From NCBI GenBank assembly GCA_977016875.1, contig CDRNST010000148.1, positions 2,666,001 to 2,730,000 of the forward strand: 64,000 nucleotides of DNA. The letters run 5' to 3'. This stretch comes from Pavona decussata (taxonomy: Eukaryota). The stretch's first letter is position 1, and every line of letters starts with the position of its first letter. The position numbers were made by a program, and so were the translations under genes. This document shows positions 11,028 to 25,109 of this stretch, in pieces. The notes under the pieces are model-generated. The model was not told the origin of the DNA and made no database searches. It was given only the letters and a program-made list of their open reading frames with translations.

Positions 11028-13850
11028 ATGGAACGGACCGCCATTTTATTAGCTTTTGTTCTCTATGGAGTGATAGGTATGTGTTATGTATTGCAAATAA
11101 CATCGAAGGAAAGGTTGTTGCCATTTGATTTGAAAATGATATAGTTAGGGCTGGATACTGTTTCATTTTTACCCCCATATATCCCTACCATTAGTTGTCG
11201 TTCATTTATCCTTTCCGGGAAGAGAATAACATATTTGACACGGTGCTTGAATTGGCCAACACTTGTAAATAAAGAGAAACATTATAACTGAAGAAGAAAG
11301 ACGGGGAGGAAAAACCTGAAAACCTGTGGTCATTTTTTTTTTCTGAAATATTGTTATTTGGTGAAGCTTATCTGTCTGCCTATTCCCTCCCAACAAGGTA
11401 ACCCTATCAACCAACTGGGGCAACGTAGGCAGTATATGAGTTATTATCCCGGATGTGACGGACAGACCTTCCCTTGTTACGCTAGAATGGAGACTGCTTG
11501 TGAGATGCGCCACCGGATAAGCGAACCCGACTGGACTAAACCGGTTTGTAATCCAGATGGGAGTTACAGGGAATACCAGTGTGAAGCAAATTCTCGCTCC
11601 AAGTGTTGGTGCGTTTACGAGAATGGAATGATGATTGAAGGTAAAACATGAAGATTTTAAGTTTTGAACATCATCAGGAGCCCATCAATCAATGGGCACC
11701 TGACATCATGTATGGTATGTATGGCGTCATTTTATGCATAAGAGTACAGCCATACAAAACTGCCGTTGATTTGTTTTGCTTTGTTTTTACAATAAGACGG
11801 GAAAATATGAGAAAAATTGACTTTAAATTCCGTTGAGAAAGCGCGCGTGTTACATGTTACGTCATTTTTATTGTCTGTACTCTAAAAGACAAAAGTTATA
11901 GCGAATCAGCGCGCGGGAATTTTGACAGGGATCGTCATTATCATTGTTATCGTCATTTCCATCGCCCTCACCTTCATCATCGTTAGTAGTCCTTCGTTAT
12001 GCATTGGGTGGCCTTTTAACTGGTAACTTAGATCAACTCCGTGACGAAAGAGATGGGAATTGAATACAACAGTCCAGCGATAAACCGACTCCCTCGAGTG
12101 CATGCAGAGTTATATATTATAATTGATTTACCAGAAGAATAAACTGTAAAGGACCGCAAAAATGCTGCAAGTATAGGTGGTTTGCATCGCCGCCATGTTG
12201 GTCGACAAAAGAAAATTTGTTCGCAAAGTTTGCATAAAAATGGCAGGTAACTCCCAGAGGAGAAAAATCTCAATGTTCTCAGTGTCCACCAACATGGCCG
12301 TCATGACGTCACATGCAAACCATCAACGCGCAGGATCTGTTAAAGATTTAATCAGCCAAAAATAAACATAGATCAGTTCAGCCTTGCAGTTCTTTCAGTT
12401 CAGTGTCAGTTACTGCATGATAGACTAGAATATTTTGTGGTATATGATATTTCGTTAGCAGTTGTTTCAACAACAATAACAACAACAACAACAACAATTT
12501 ATTTACAAATTCTGATATAACTTGCTTGTCCTGCAAATAGCCACAAAGCTAGTCTAGGCGGGACAAGACGAGCACGAGAACATATAATGGAAAAAAGTTA
12601 CAATAAATTACAAAACATGCTGGAAAACGGAGAAGAAAAAAAAAAAGAAACAACTTTACATAATAACGCAGATTTAGATAAGGCTGTGCAACAAAGTTTC
12701 ATGGAGCTTGTTTTTTGTTTTCCAGACCAGTGTCCGGCCACTTCGACCATTTGTTTGTCTATCTGAATTTAATGTCGATAAAAAAAAATAATGAAATGTA
12801 TTTTTATAATGGAAATGCACGGCTTAGCTACCCAAAGCTAGTTTACAGGCTTTCCATGTTTAAAAGGTTGCGTTACATCCAAAACAGTGCAAGTTCAACT
12901 TTCTTATGGAGTCTTGTCACCAGCATTAAATTTGCCGTTGCTATTTCAGGAACCGAAAAGGATCTATACGATTCAAACGTAGAATACAAGAAACTCAACT
13001 GCGCTGAAGCCAGAAAGAAAGCCCCGCCAGCTCCCAGTCCCCCACCGATCAGCCTCCCATACACGGACACCAGGATAGGTTGGCATCTTGCTTACAGAGA
13101 CGCATTAATGGAGGCTTACAAGAAACAGTGTCCAAACCCCTGTTATCCGCCCTGTCCGTGTCAGCCTGGGCAGAAGTATTATTACCCTTATGGACCTGTT
13201 TTTCATCATGTGCCAGCCCCAGCACCTGTCCCCGCCCCAGTCCCAGCACCAGTTCCTGCCCCCGTGTATTATCCTTACCAGGCTCACGCAGCTGCGTACA
13301 TGGTAAATGAAGCTAGCTACTATTGTTTCTATGTAATGCATGATTAACTTGTGTAAGATAGGTGAATAATGTACATTCTAGTCAGTAAGTCGGAAAACAG
13401 GTGCAGAATAACACCGGGCACAATCACTCCGAAATGAATTTGTGACATGTGGCAGTAAGGTTGAGCGGTTAATTATAAGGCCAAACTCTAGCAAAAACAA
13501 CAAAATTGCAAAAGCATCGAAATACTAAAAAGCCAATGAACGATACGGGTACCGCCTCACGATGTCACGTATCCTAGAAACCATTAAGCCCCATTTTTAA
13601 AGAGAAAAGGAGTCACTTTAACAAGTTTTCAAGTGAGCCAAAAGTTGTTAGGAGCTACAAAGAACTACGTTATTCATCAGTGTATGTTTCGTTTCACCAG
13701 GTCCCTTATCCTAGCGCCTGTCCAGACCCCTGTCCGGACCCATGCCCCTGTCAGAAATCATCGACGCAGACGTCTGAGCCGGAAGATAAGAACGCTGCTA
13801 GAGAATCTGGGAACGAGAAGGAAGAAACAATAGATGACAAAAAAGTGTAA
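11028..13850 (+). CDS. Secreted thyroglobulin type-1 domain protein with Pro-rich and Cys-rich C-terminus, 264 aa; exons 11028-11076, 11398-11640, 12950-13302, 13701-13850
   Basis: Signal peptide MERTAILLAFVLYGVIG. Tg1 signature C...PVCNPDGSYREYQC...CWCVYENG...GT...NC. All three introns are GT-AG and phase-consistent (1,1,0). Stop TAA at 13848-13850. Confidence 0.88.
12172..12325. mobile_element. Short MITE in intron 2
   Basis: Inverted termini tggtttgcat...gccatgttgg / ccaacatggc...atgcaaacca. Confidence 0.6.
12468..12720 (-). mobile_element. 3' end of a CR1/L2-like LINE with (TTG)n tail
   Basis: On the minus strand: stem-loop cttgtcc...ggacaag, then an aataaa-like motif and (ttg)n. Confidence 0.5.
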
Positions 13851-14407
13851 TGAAGCTGGACTTGAGATTCTCTTTCTACACTGGCCACTCGAGATATTGC
13901 AATCCTTTCCACTTAGCAGAAAAAGGAGCCGATCACACATTCACCCAACGATCCCTGTGTAACTAGAGGAATGAGAAAATTAAAGATGTCCCCACCTGCT
14001 CTCTGCTTATGTTGTTTTTGTTTGGTTGACCATACATGAGTCTTATTTCGTTTTGGGTAAAAACAACAACAACAACAAGAATATCAGTGTGAACTCGTGC
14101 TCCCTGAAAAAAAAAAAACGCAAGAAGAGCCGTATACCTGAAAAATGCATAAACAATGAAGTGAATCGAACTGAAAGACTGTGCTATGAGAGACGCTCGA
14201 AAGAGAGGTAACTAGGTGGTCTAAGTTAATTGAAATACAAAAATGCAACGCAGTCAAGTCAGTAGAGAACGACAGCTTGATGGTGAAAATTGTTGAAAAA
14301 CATTTGATATTCTTTTGTGTTTTTAGTAATGAAAGTAAAGTTAGTTTAATTGAACAACATGCATCTCGTGCATGATGAGGCAATCAAATGTAGTTCGGTG
14401 CCTTTAA

Positions 14408-14823
14408 AGGAAACCTCCACTCTCGAAACATGTCAACGTTACATTATTGAAAATACAATTTTCTTTGAAACTTCATTGAAAATCATGGAAATAATATTTC
14501 AGTGTCGGAAAAAACATAATTTCATTAGGCTATTTTCGCTTTTAAATTTCCCGCGCGCCGCCATCTTGGATTTCATGACGTAATAAGGTTGCTCAATTGT
14601 TTTACACAAAAGAACTTCTGCTGAATAACAATAGCGGCAACCATTACACGTCATCAAATTCAAAATGGCTGCCCCCAGGAAATTTAAAAGCAAAAGTTGT
14701 CGATAATCATATCTAAATTTTAACACACTTGAATGTCATTTCTACGTTTTAGACAAATATTTAGAATTTAGACACTATTTCCAACGCTTAACCGTCAATT
14801 TGTTGTGAGAGTGGAGGTTCCCT
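14408..14823. mobile_element. Kolobok-like MITE
   Basis: TTAA on both sides; TIR aggaaacctccactctc / gagagtggaggttccct; internally palindromic. Confidence 0.8.
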
Positions 14824-15591
14824 TTAAGATATTTAATTCCATTCACAACACTCCATTTTCCGTGAGCTGTGCGTGCTCTGCGGCAACATAGTATTGATGA
14901 AGGTGTCTGCTGATATAGCTATTATAAAGTAAACGTTGTTCATAATACAGGATAAACCCTGTATTGATTGTTGACGCAGTAACGTCATAACCTCTGCGAA
15001 TAAATTAAAATTTGAAGCTAGGGTGTCATCAGCTGAAATCGCGAATAACAGTGATCTTTTAACGTCATGCCGACTGAAATGGTCACACCCTTTTATTCGA
15101 TCGATAGATTCGGTCGTTTCCAGTGCCATTCATTTGTAAATTGAGAGGGGCGAGAAAAATCCTAGTTGGTCGCCGGTTCAACAACTCGCGTTGGGAAGTT
15201 AATAATCTTATTCACGAAACGATAATGAATCTTTCCAAACTTTCTTATCATAATTTTGCAATTTTTACTAAGGAAAAAAAAAGAAACAAAGGGAAAAGGT
15301 ATGAGGCTATGATAAAAATGCAAACTGTGTTTACTAAATTTGGCACTATTTCCCTGCAGGGCTAGAGTCCAGACCAGGAAAAAATGAGCTGATGGTCCCC
15401 ATAAATAATCTTGTACATTTGTCGGGAGATATCGTGGGTTTTCGTGCTAAACAGGTCATATCCTTCTTGAATGTCGCTTTTATGCACACAGTCAAACAGA
15501 CTCTCCATGCTGAGTTAGAGACCCCGTGATCTTAGTGATGTAATAATAAAAATAAATTGTGCTATTTCGCCCACCTTCATACTGTGGGATC

Positions 15592-15632
15592 GCCTGTGGT
15601 GTAGCGGTTATTACGTCTGCCTTGAAGGCAGG
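15592..15632 (+). pseudogene. tRNA-like 5' half (resembles tRNA-Val); no T-arm
   Basis: gtggtgtagcggttattacgtctgccttgaaggcagg gives a D-arm/A box and an anticodon stem; no B box or acceptor 3' strand follows. Confidence 0.45.
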
Positions 15633-17921
15633 CTTGCTTTTACATGTCAGTTCAGTGAGTTTGTTCCTTTCATTTAACAGATCATTACAGTGATCCTATG
15701 TGACTGAATCAAGCTGATTCACTTAGTAGAAATGTACCTTGCATTTGTCGTCATATTTCATGTTTATCCCAATTTACTGATAAAGGTTTTGCGAAAGGCA
15801 TTGTACACTAACATTAATTGGATGAAAAAGTTTTCGACCGAATCATCAGGATTCCTACCACTTTTAGAAAGTATAAACATATCGAAAGAAACTTTTTTTT
15901 TTTCGAGACCAAATATGCACTAAATGTTGGTCCACGACTGTTGTTTATGATCCGGCCAAAAAAAAAAGCATAAAAGAACTTAAATTGGAGCTTTTAACAC
16001 ACAAAAGAATTAAAATCTTGAAAACAGAATGTGCATTAAATTGATAAAGTGACAAGTAATATTGTTTTGTTTGTTATCCAAACTTTAACCTGGGGATACG
16101 TTTCCTGAACAACTTAATTTCTGTTATTCAATATTACGTATGCAATGGATGTTATCTGCAAACTATTTTTACCTGATCAATACAAGTTCTGTGACAGATC
16201 CGGCTCATAAATGTTCTTGTATCGTACTTTATGATCATTTGTCTTGAAAAGGTTTTTACTTTTCCCTTACTCTAACTTTCATTTCATTCAAAATCATCTT
16301 AGCCTCCGTAACTCTAATAACTTGTGGCCCTATAATAAGACATGAGATAAAACTAAAGTAAAAATAGAAAATGTGTTAATCGAAAACATTCAAATTATTT
16401 ACAGATCTTTTCGCCAAACAAGGAAGTACAGCCCACCTCTTGATCGTAAGAGTGGTTTTTAATATAAAGCTTGGCGTTCTAATAGGTTAATTACATTTCG
16501 CTCGGGGAAAACAAAAGACAATGATCCCCAAGAGGTAATTGGGACTAAAACTTCAGAAACCGTGCCTTTGTTGCCTCAGTATTGTTTGGAGGACTGAATA
16601 GCTCCGAATCTGTTAACATTCTTTCTTTTTTTTAGCTCCGTTTGTTGATGATACATAACTTTTTTAAGGGTAAGGACTATTATTCTAGGAATTAATGATC
16701 TTTCTGATAGCCGTATTACAAGCTTATTACATTTTCCCATGCCTAAAATGAGCCCCATAAAAAATCGTCAATATACGCCTGCGTTTTATGAAACGTTTGC
16801 CATGACGTCTAGTTCCAGTTAAATCCAACTGAGCTATCATGCAGTGTAACTGATAACTTGCAAAGAAGGTTTTTTTAACAATACGTAAACGAAGATGGTT
16901 TGATACTCTCGCATAAAAATGATATTCAATGAACACAACGTTTTAATGGAAGACCACGTAATGTAAAATATGCTGTGGAACTGCTAACTCACAGCTATGT
17001 CAAACTTCTTGCGGCTGTTCTGCGATACACTTCACAGACACATTGCTACTGTTCCGGATTTTCGAAGCAGAATGAGCGAGTTGACCTCGTTTCATCTAAT
17101 GTGTTCTTCCCTCGGGGTGTACTCAATAAAGTTTCACTGACCAAGAGGATCTGCCCGAGGGGTTTAACCCTTGCCTTTTCACATACCAACTTTTACCGAA
17201 ATTGCACCCCTTTCAATACATAACCAAAAACAGTTGTACTTTTTTCTTAATGTACTAGTGCTAGTAATGCAGAGAGATTTCTCTGCATTACTAGTACAGT
17301 AGAACTATTCACATTCATCTTTGTGTTGTAATTTCTGCTTTCTAATACCTGAATAAAAATTCCTACCCTTTTGGCCAATTTGGTTCACAATCTATTTTTG
17401 AGACATTATTAAGTCTAAACTTTTTCGCTAGCCTTTCGCATCCTACGAGGCGGGAGATTAGGTAAACCTTTTGGGCGGAGTCTCCCTGTATACCTTAGCC
17501 CACAAATTTAAACCAATACAAAATAGTGTGTGCGATTAAATATTAGTGCATAACACGGTTAGAAAACGTAGCTTGAAATTCCAATTTCACTGATCAGTGG
17601 AGGAAATGGATAAAAGAGCCGGGCAGTCTCTCTTGTTCCCAATTAGTTTGTTTATTTCTTATCACTTAATTTATTTCACTTTTCAATTAATTTGTTACAG
17701 TAACTGTAACAGTTGGAGGTTTTCAAAGATACCCCAGCTTATCAAAACAATTTATCAGTAAAAAACAAAAACGAATCGATCTAGCCAAATATCGTCTAAA
17801 AATATAAAATAGGACTTTTTTAATACATATTTTGCGCCCATGTTTTCAAACTAACGCACGCTACATACTACTTTTTAGGATTCTTAGGATTGATTCACAC
17901 TTTTTTTTGTAATTCTAGTTA

Positions 17922-18444
17922 AATAGGCCTTATCACGGTTTTCGACGCCATTTTAACGAGTAGGCAAACAGGCTTGACATAACAGTGATTGTATGGAAAT
18001 CTGATGTCAAATAATTTTCATAAAACATCGCTTGTGAAAAATTCATGAATTGGAAACTTTTGGCACTAGGAAAAGGATTTTAAGAAAAAAATTGGAAGGA
18101 TGTAGCTGTGCCAGAAAGCGTACAGTCGTGTTTTGAACTTTCCATACATTTCCCTGTATTTTTTTCCTGCGAACTATTTTTAGTAGCAGTTCAAGGCTGT
18201 TTCGCTTTACAGACAAATGTATGGAAAGTTCAAAACACGACTGGACGCTTTCTGGCACAGCTACATCCTTCCAATTTTTTTATTAAAATCCTTTTCCTAG
18301 TGCCAAAAGTTTCCAATTCATGAATTTTTCACAAGCGATGTTTTATGAAAAATAAATGACATCGGATTTCCATACAAACACTGTTATTTCAAGCCTGTTT
18401 GCCTACTCGTCAAAATGGCGTCGAAAACCGTGATAAGACCTATT
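17922..18444. mobile_element. Fully palindromic MITE, ISL2EU/PHIS-like termini (AT|AGG...CCT|AT)
   Basis: Arms of ~230 bp are reverse complements; this explains the mirrored ORFs 18043..18258 and 18108..18323. Confidence 0.88.
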
Positions 18445-18682
18445 GGGGATACTATATACACTGTCGATTTTAAATACTATTTATCACAAGATATTTTACT
18501 CTAAAAAACAATAAATATGCTCCCATGCAGTTAAACTAGATTTATCTTTGATGGATCATCGAAATAACTATGTAGTGTATGTTAAAGTGCTTCACATTCA
18601 CATTTGCAGCGCAATTACCACCATTATACATCACCCAGGCCACAAGCCTGCACCCATTGTTGCTGTGGCCTCTTAATAGCAG

Positions 18683-18799
18683 GGCCCAGTTGCTCGAAGC
18701 ATGGTTAGCGCTAACCCGGGTTAAACACCATGACAACCTACAGGTTTTAATACCTCTTAACCAATGGTTAGCGCTAACCATGCTTCGAGCAACTCAGCC
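18683..18799. mobile_element. PIF/Harbinger-like MITE
   Basis: TIR ggcccagttgctcgaagcatggttagcgctaacc; CAG on both sides. Confidence 0.8.
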
Positions 18800-19134
18800 C
18801 AGAGCAATAACATTCCATACAAGGCGAAAGTTTTAACTTCCGAAATGTAAAACGAAAAGATTCAAGAACAGTTAAACAATTAGTATGGTATTCTATTAGT
18901 ATGTTTTAAAAATGTGTACTCTACCCAGTTTAAGCTAGTGGCATTATATTTTTGGTATACAATTATTTGTAAGGTTTATTGTATTTATATAGTTTTAGCC
19001 TTTATTTTAGTGGTAGTTTGTCCAGCATAATAACAGTTGTAAAGTTTATCGCAATATTTAATTCAGCTGTCCTGGGGGTTGAAAGGTAAAAGTTAATAAA
19101 CTATCTATTTATCTACGACTTGCTCCAGTCGTCT

Positions 19135-19335
19135 GGCCTCTCGCTCAGTCGGTAGATCAACAGACGATAGAATCAGGAGGTTGTGGGCTCGATTCCTGCC
19201 GAGGTCAAAGATTTTTTTCTTTGCCTCGTGCGGTCTCCCATTTCCTTACTAGGGCTGTAAAAGCACTTTAACATACACTACAGAATTAATTATCTGATCC
19301 ATCATTTGTGTCTCCTTCAGTGCTAGCGGCACAAC
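19135..19335 (+). mobile_element. tRNA-derived SINE
   Basis: A box gctcagtcggta and B-box-like ggctcgattcc, followed by a non-tRNA body. Confidence 0.65.
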
Positions 19336-22300
19336 ATTCACTTGTAGCACCAAGCTGGATTTATTTTTATTTCATATCTTCAATTAATTTTATACCATTA
19401 GGCACCCGGTGTGTACTGATCAAGACAAATCTATCAATCACTTAAACGAATCTAACTTCACAGACACCGCAACTATAAGCAGACGTTGGGAAGAGAAAGC
19501 CACTAAATTACACCTGCAGTTGTGCACGCGCCATCAGGCATTCGGCACGCGCCGAGTGATTTCAAGTTGTGTGTCCGGGCAAATGGCACGCGAGCTGTGA
19601 AATGTACTTGATTCTTTCTTAAAGGTAAGTCTCGTTTTCTGCAGTGTTTCAAGCTATGCTCTAATCGTTTTTACAATAAACCGATGAGTCAGACCGAAAA
19701 TTTAGCCTAACTCCTCAGAACAGTTTATGTACAAAATATATAAAAACTGTTCAATTGAGGCCTTACACTGCTGTTTAAAACCTAAAAACTAAAAACTGAA
19801 ATCCAAGCTTTCGCCGATCAACGGCATCATCAGGGAGTACAGTTTATGTACATTTTATGTCTTTTCCCCTCCACTCTCAATGAAGCTGACTCACAAAACC
19901 GCCTTGCCCGAGCTCTGTTAACGGGGCAACAATGCAAACAAATGTTTGGAAGTATATAGATGTGGAAAAATCCGAGGCCCATAGCCGCTTTTACTAAAAA
20001 AAAAACGCTTTTGCTTGAAAAACTATTGATACATAGTGTGGCCCAGTAAAGGTGAGAGCACCGAAACGCCAAAAGCATATGCTGCCCCACCCTAGGCAAG
20101 TGCAGCACCAAACTTAAAGTGGTCAGCGCCGCCATAGACTTGCTACAAATTAAGCCGTCTTCTTATGGCCCTGAAAGCAACAAGCGACGGAGCCATGAGA
20201 CTGGACTCCATGAAAACGGAGTTTAATAAAGCCTACGCTGCAACTTACGTACATCTTACCCACCTTAAAAACTAATTGTTTTGCACAAGGTTTTGCGAGA
20301 TGAGTATGGCTGCAAAAATCTTGTATGTTTTTTTCGCTGGGATGCACTAATGGAATTGACATCATGGCAGAAATTAAATGTAGTGTATGTTAACGTTGAC
20401 TGCTGACTGTTGTCCTCAGGGAGTTCGCCCTGATTACAAGTTAAACCTTGTGTAGAATTTGTACTCTGAGAATAAAGAAAATTCTTTGACCTCGGCGGAT
20501 ATTGTTGACCCCCGAGGTCACATATTTTAATTTCTTTGTTATCATCAACCCAAATTTCCCCTCCGGGCGGGTTTTTCAACCCAGAGGAACTGACTTCAAA
20601 AACAGTAGTCGATCTCTTCAGCATTTCAAAAACAGGTTCATTGTATTTCTGTTACATCTCAAAGGTGCTAAACGGCTAAAACACTTTGAAAATACCAAGG
20701 GAATTGTGTTTGGTTATACTGATGCACAAAAAAGCATAATAAGAAATGAGTTGGCTGAAAACGGTAAAAAAAATACCTCCCATTTTGTTTTGACTAAGTT
20801 TGACTAGATCAGTTAGATTGTAGCTTTTTAAACGATGAGCTTTTTCAGTCGACCTGAATACAGAAACCAGATTATGATTCGTAGAAATATTTTTTTGCAA
20901 TTTAATTCAGTAAAGGATATTCCTTACTGATCCTTAATTCAATAAGAAATAAAAATACGTGAAATTGAACGTATCCAAAGTATTGCTAAAATGACTTTTA
21001 AAAACAAAAGAAAAATGGATTTCCGGAAGAAACTGAGAAGAAAACATTGTCGGAGAACCTTTCAACAACGACTTGTATTTTACTGTAGTGATTAAAGCAA
21101 GTGACGGGAGACGATACCGAAACTTTTATTTATCAGACGTTGATATATTTTTCGCGAATCCTTCCAATCATTTGAATTGCTTACAAGACGCGGCACTCCC
21201 ACACAGCATACGGTAACTTTATAATTCAAGATTATCTATTTAAATAAATGCAAATGTCACTGAACTGAGTCAGGAACCCTGAATGCGTAAATTTTAATCT
21301 TTTTATCATCCACCGCCCAAACCGTGACCTTTAGTGGCCGCCAATTATAATATTGGGGAAAACTAAAGCCCTTTTCATGGAAGCTGTGTATTCAGGCTTA
21401 TTATTTTAGAATTTAGATAGAAATGAGACACCCGAGCTACTTTAGCGAAGATAGCAGCTGCCTTGTATCGCTGTAATGTACATGCATCTCGCGCGCCTAA
21501 AAAACTAATTTATCAGTTCGCTTTGACAAACTGTTCTAGGTAATATTCGGCTAAGATAAATTGTCTTCTCACCATATACAGGAAACCAAAAGGATAGATA
21601 TAGATCATATCTTTTTAGTATGGTAGAACCTTCAACGAAAACAATGTTTTTGGCGCCAGTGACCTTTATGTTTGGTAAATGTACTGCAGTTTATCTTTAC
21701 ATTTTTAAGGAAGGTACAGTAATAGTATATGTGGGAGAAGCAGATCCTAGCAGGGCTTTTCGAATTCAAAAAGTAAATTGGGGGTAACCTCGCATTTTTT
21801 AGAGATAATTAAACAACAGTTAGAATGCGTATCCTTTTTTGGTGAGCTCTGCCCTAGAGAGATGCGCATGCGCAGTAACAAAATGGGGGCGGCGTCCTTA
21901 GAAAAGAGAAAGCGTTCACGTGGGAACGCTAGTATTAATCTTTTCTCTGTTCAAAACTTGAAACATTGAACAGGCTGACCACTTTCCCTTGTTCTTTCTG
22001 GGCTCTCAGATGGTTAAGAAAACGAAAAATAAAAGTAACTCAAATAACTGCAAGGCTGATCTGACTGCGTAGAAAACTTAACACGACATCGACATGATAG
22101 AGACCAAACCGACAATCAAAAAATGCAACCGTACGCGTGGACAGCTGTTTCGAGCTGGTTGGCTCTCGTCAGCACGGTGTAGCACAGCAAAAAGTAGAAC
22201 AACCAACGCCAGTTATGATCAATTAGTTGTCTACCAAATGCACATGGTAATGACTCTGGACAGGCGTAAATACAGGGCCGGGTTTGGCGCATACGTATTT

Positions 22301-22659
22301 TTTGCGTTCGCTTTCTCATCTTAGCCTATCGCCTGAGAGCCTAAAATAGATTACTAAGAAACTGCCAATATGAATTCTGGGCCTTTAAATCCCTGATGAG
22401 ATTCTAAACTTATGCTCTTATCCCTCCTGTGTGATTTCTTGGTCCGACATGCAAGTCATCGTGATCTTGATGAAAACTGTAAAATTATCTTAAAAGCTCT
22501 GATCTTTGAACAATTTTTTTTCCTTTCAGTCAGTGCACTATTTTGTTAGCAATAACTTGGTGGATGAAGTCATGGATAAAAACATACAAGACTTTTAAAG
22601 CATCAAAACTGATCAGTTGAACTATTTCATTGTTTAACAAATAACCGTTGCAATCAGAA

Positions 22660-24595
22660 ATGATGGAACTTAATACCACTGCAGGACAACTGGCCACTGC
22701 GAGAAGCACGACAAATTCAGCAGCCAGTGGCATATTTTCATTTTATCTCAGTCCTGATGTTGCTGCGAATATCGTGTTTTTCATTTTATTGGCCATTACA
22801 ATAATCATAGCGAATCTTCTAGTACTCATATCAATCTACATGAACCGCCGCCTGCGATGCCCTACATATTTACTGATTTTGTCGCTGTCAGTGGCCGATC
22901 TCATGGTGGGTCTAGTTCTACTTCCGGTCCGGGTCATGGAGCTGCTATCGTTCGAGTGGTCGAGAACATTCGTGTTGTGTAAAATGACGTTGAGTCTGAA
23001 CCTATTCAATCTGAGCGCGTCTATGCTAAATCTTTTGGCAGTGACCGCTGACAGGTTTCTGGCAATTTCCTTCTCTCTGACGTATAGCACCATGGTAACA
23101 AAAAACCGGATGTGCGTCATAATTACCGTCGCGTGGCTAACCGCGTTTGTGGTTAGTTTTTTCCCCTTGTTTGGTGTCGGGATGAAGCCAGCAGCGATGT
23201 ACCGCGTGCACCACCTATGTCGCTATGGTGATGTAATGGAAGACACATACATGACATTGTACTTTGCTGTGATTTGCGCAGCGCCAACAGTGCTTATCAC
23301 TGCGGCTTATTTTAAGATATTTTTTCTTGCACGCAGCCAGGAGAGAAGAATTGCTTCGTTAAAGGTGTATGTTAATGGAGGACGAGGATCAGCTTGGTTA
23401 GCAGTTGACAAGCGGATCCGGTTTGCGCGCGAATCTAAGGCTGCAAAGACTACAGGTAAGACTAAAGGGATAAGTATATAATTGCCAAACTAGTCGAGAC
23501 TGTTTTTCGTGAACACTGATTGGTTACTCAAATTCCGGAATAGTGAACAATTATCCTACGAAATCGCGCCGAATATCGCCTGATACTTAGCCGACGAGGC
23601 CGTAATCAGCGAGTTGGTTAAAATCAGGGGATATTCCGCAAAATTGAGAAGAATAATTGTTTTATTATTCAACAGTCGATTAGTGAGTCTAGTTGTTCTC
23701 AGCTTGACTTTGATTTTAAGTTCGATTTCGTCGTATCAGGCTCCCTCATAACTTATGTAACTCACTAAAATTTCCAGTTTCTTTCGGGCTTGTCGTTTGG
23801 AAATTAAATGAAAACTTACCATAATCAAATGAAGGGTTTCCTACAAGATGAGCGTATATCACTTTTTTGGCTAAAGCAAGTCAGAAAACGTTCCAAAATT
23901 TTCTTCGTTGTAGCATGCTCTCAGTGCGTTAAAATGGCCGGATCCATATTTACTTTTTTTTTTGCTCATAGGCTGAATTTCGAGAGATTTGATCGCTTTA
24001 AATTGCCAATACATTAAAGCAGAGACAAAATTTCTTTGGTACAAAAATTTCTTTGGTACAAAATTTCTTTCGGTACAAAAAATTAAAACCTACTAGGTCT
24101 AAGCGAACAAAATCCGCAGTGCATGGTAAAAGTGGACAATTTTGGAGAGCCATCCTGACTTTTTAATTGGCCAAAAAAGCGATTTACGGAGGTAAGGCCG
24201 ACGGAGACGGTATACTTAATTGATGCGTTTTCAAGTTCATTTTACGACAATTGTCTTTTTTTTTCTTCTTTTAAGCAATCGTCATCGGTCTGTTTTATTT
24301 CTGTTGGAGTCCATTTTTCGCAGGCATTCTCCTGACAATATTCAGAAGGGAAGCAATATCTTATGTTTTTGCTGCCGTCACAGCCTGTGTGGTGTACTCA
24401 AACTCTGCCCTCAACCCGCTTGTTTATGGATGCCTAAATCAAGAATTGAAGAACGCCTACAAGCAGCTGGTTAAAAAAATGTTGCCTTTCTGTCGACCCA
24501 CGCTTTCGACGAGAAAACAAGTGGTCTCGATCGCCATGGTAACAAAGAACCTCGAACAACCGACCAATACAGCTATAATGGCAGCCACAAGTTGA
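22660..24595 (+). CDS. Class A (rhodopsin-like) GPCR, aminergic/adenosine-receptor-like; exons 22660-23455, 24276-24595
   Basis: Seven TM segments with ANLLV, SLSVADL, ADRF, CWSPF and NSALNPLVY motifs. Phase-1 intron ACAG|gtaag...ttttaag|CA. Probable 5'UTR intron 19625-22529. Confidence 0.93.
23546..23661. mobile_element. Short palindromic repeat element in the GPCR1 intron; related copy at 45685-45791
   Basis: aacaattat...cgaaatcgcgccgaatatcgcctga...tcaggggatattccgcaaaattgag...ataattgtt. Confidence 0.6.
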
Positions 24596-24712
24596 GCTGA
24601 CACCCTCGCAGAAGATTGAAGTTGTACTTTGAAAATAATTCAACTCGACCAGAAAATTGAGTGACGGTTTTTATGGGAACTTCCTCGTTCACTGTACAAG
24701 ACAACAATTTAA

Positions 24713-24922
24713 GGACGGTGCCTACTAATACCGCAGTATTTTTGTGCGGTTTATGACTATTTGGCAAAAGCAGATCTTAGCAAGGCCTATTGGAATCCAA
24801 AAAGAAAACTGGGGGTAACCATGCATTCTTCAGAGATAATTAAGCAATAATATCTCCAAAAAACGCCAAGATATAAAGCAATGTATGGGATTTTTTCCTA
24901 AATTAAAGCTTAATTATCTCTG

Positions 24923-24953
<31 letters not shown>

Positions 24954-25060
24954 GAGATACCAAAAGCATTTAGCAAGTTCTGCTTTCTCCGTATAGTTTT
25001 AAACCGCGCAAAAATATTCCTGTATTAGTAGGCACCACCCATAGGAAACACGAGTATCTC

Positions 25061-25105
<45 letters not shown>
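24713..25105. mobile_element. Kolobok-like MITE, family A, ~120 bp after the GPCR1 stop
   Basis: TTAA|ggacggtgcctacta ... tagtaggcaccgtcc|TTAA. Full copy at 56966-57361, partial copy at ~21705-21900. Confidence 0.88.

Positions 25106-25109
<4 letters not shown>

Noticed and set aside
15592-15632. Functional tRNA gene
   Set aside because: Only the D-arm and anticodon arm are present; no T-arm or acceptor 3' strand.
18043-18323. Mirror ORFs MPESVQSCFELSIH...
   Set aside because: Artefact of a palindromic MITE.
19135-19207. Functional tRNA gene
   Set aside because: Mismatched stems, a mutated B box and continuation into a SINE body.
20150-20900. Cluster of 70-120 aa ORFs
   Set aside because: No recognisable motif or consistent splice pattern; lies in the probable 5'UTR intron of GPCR1.
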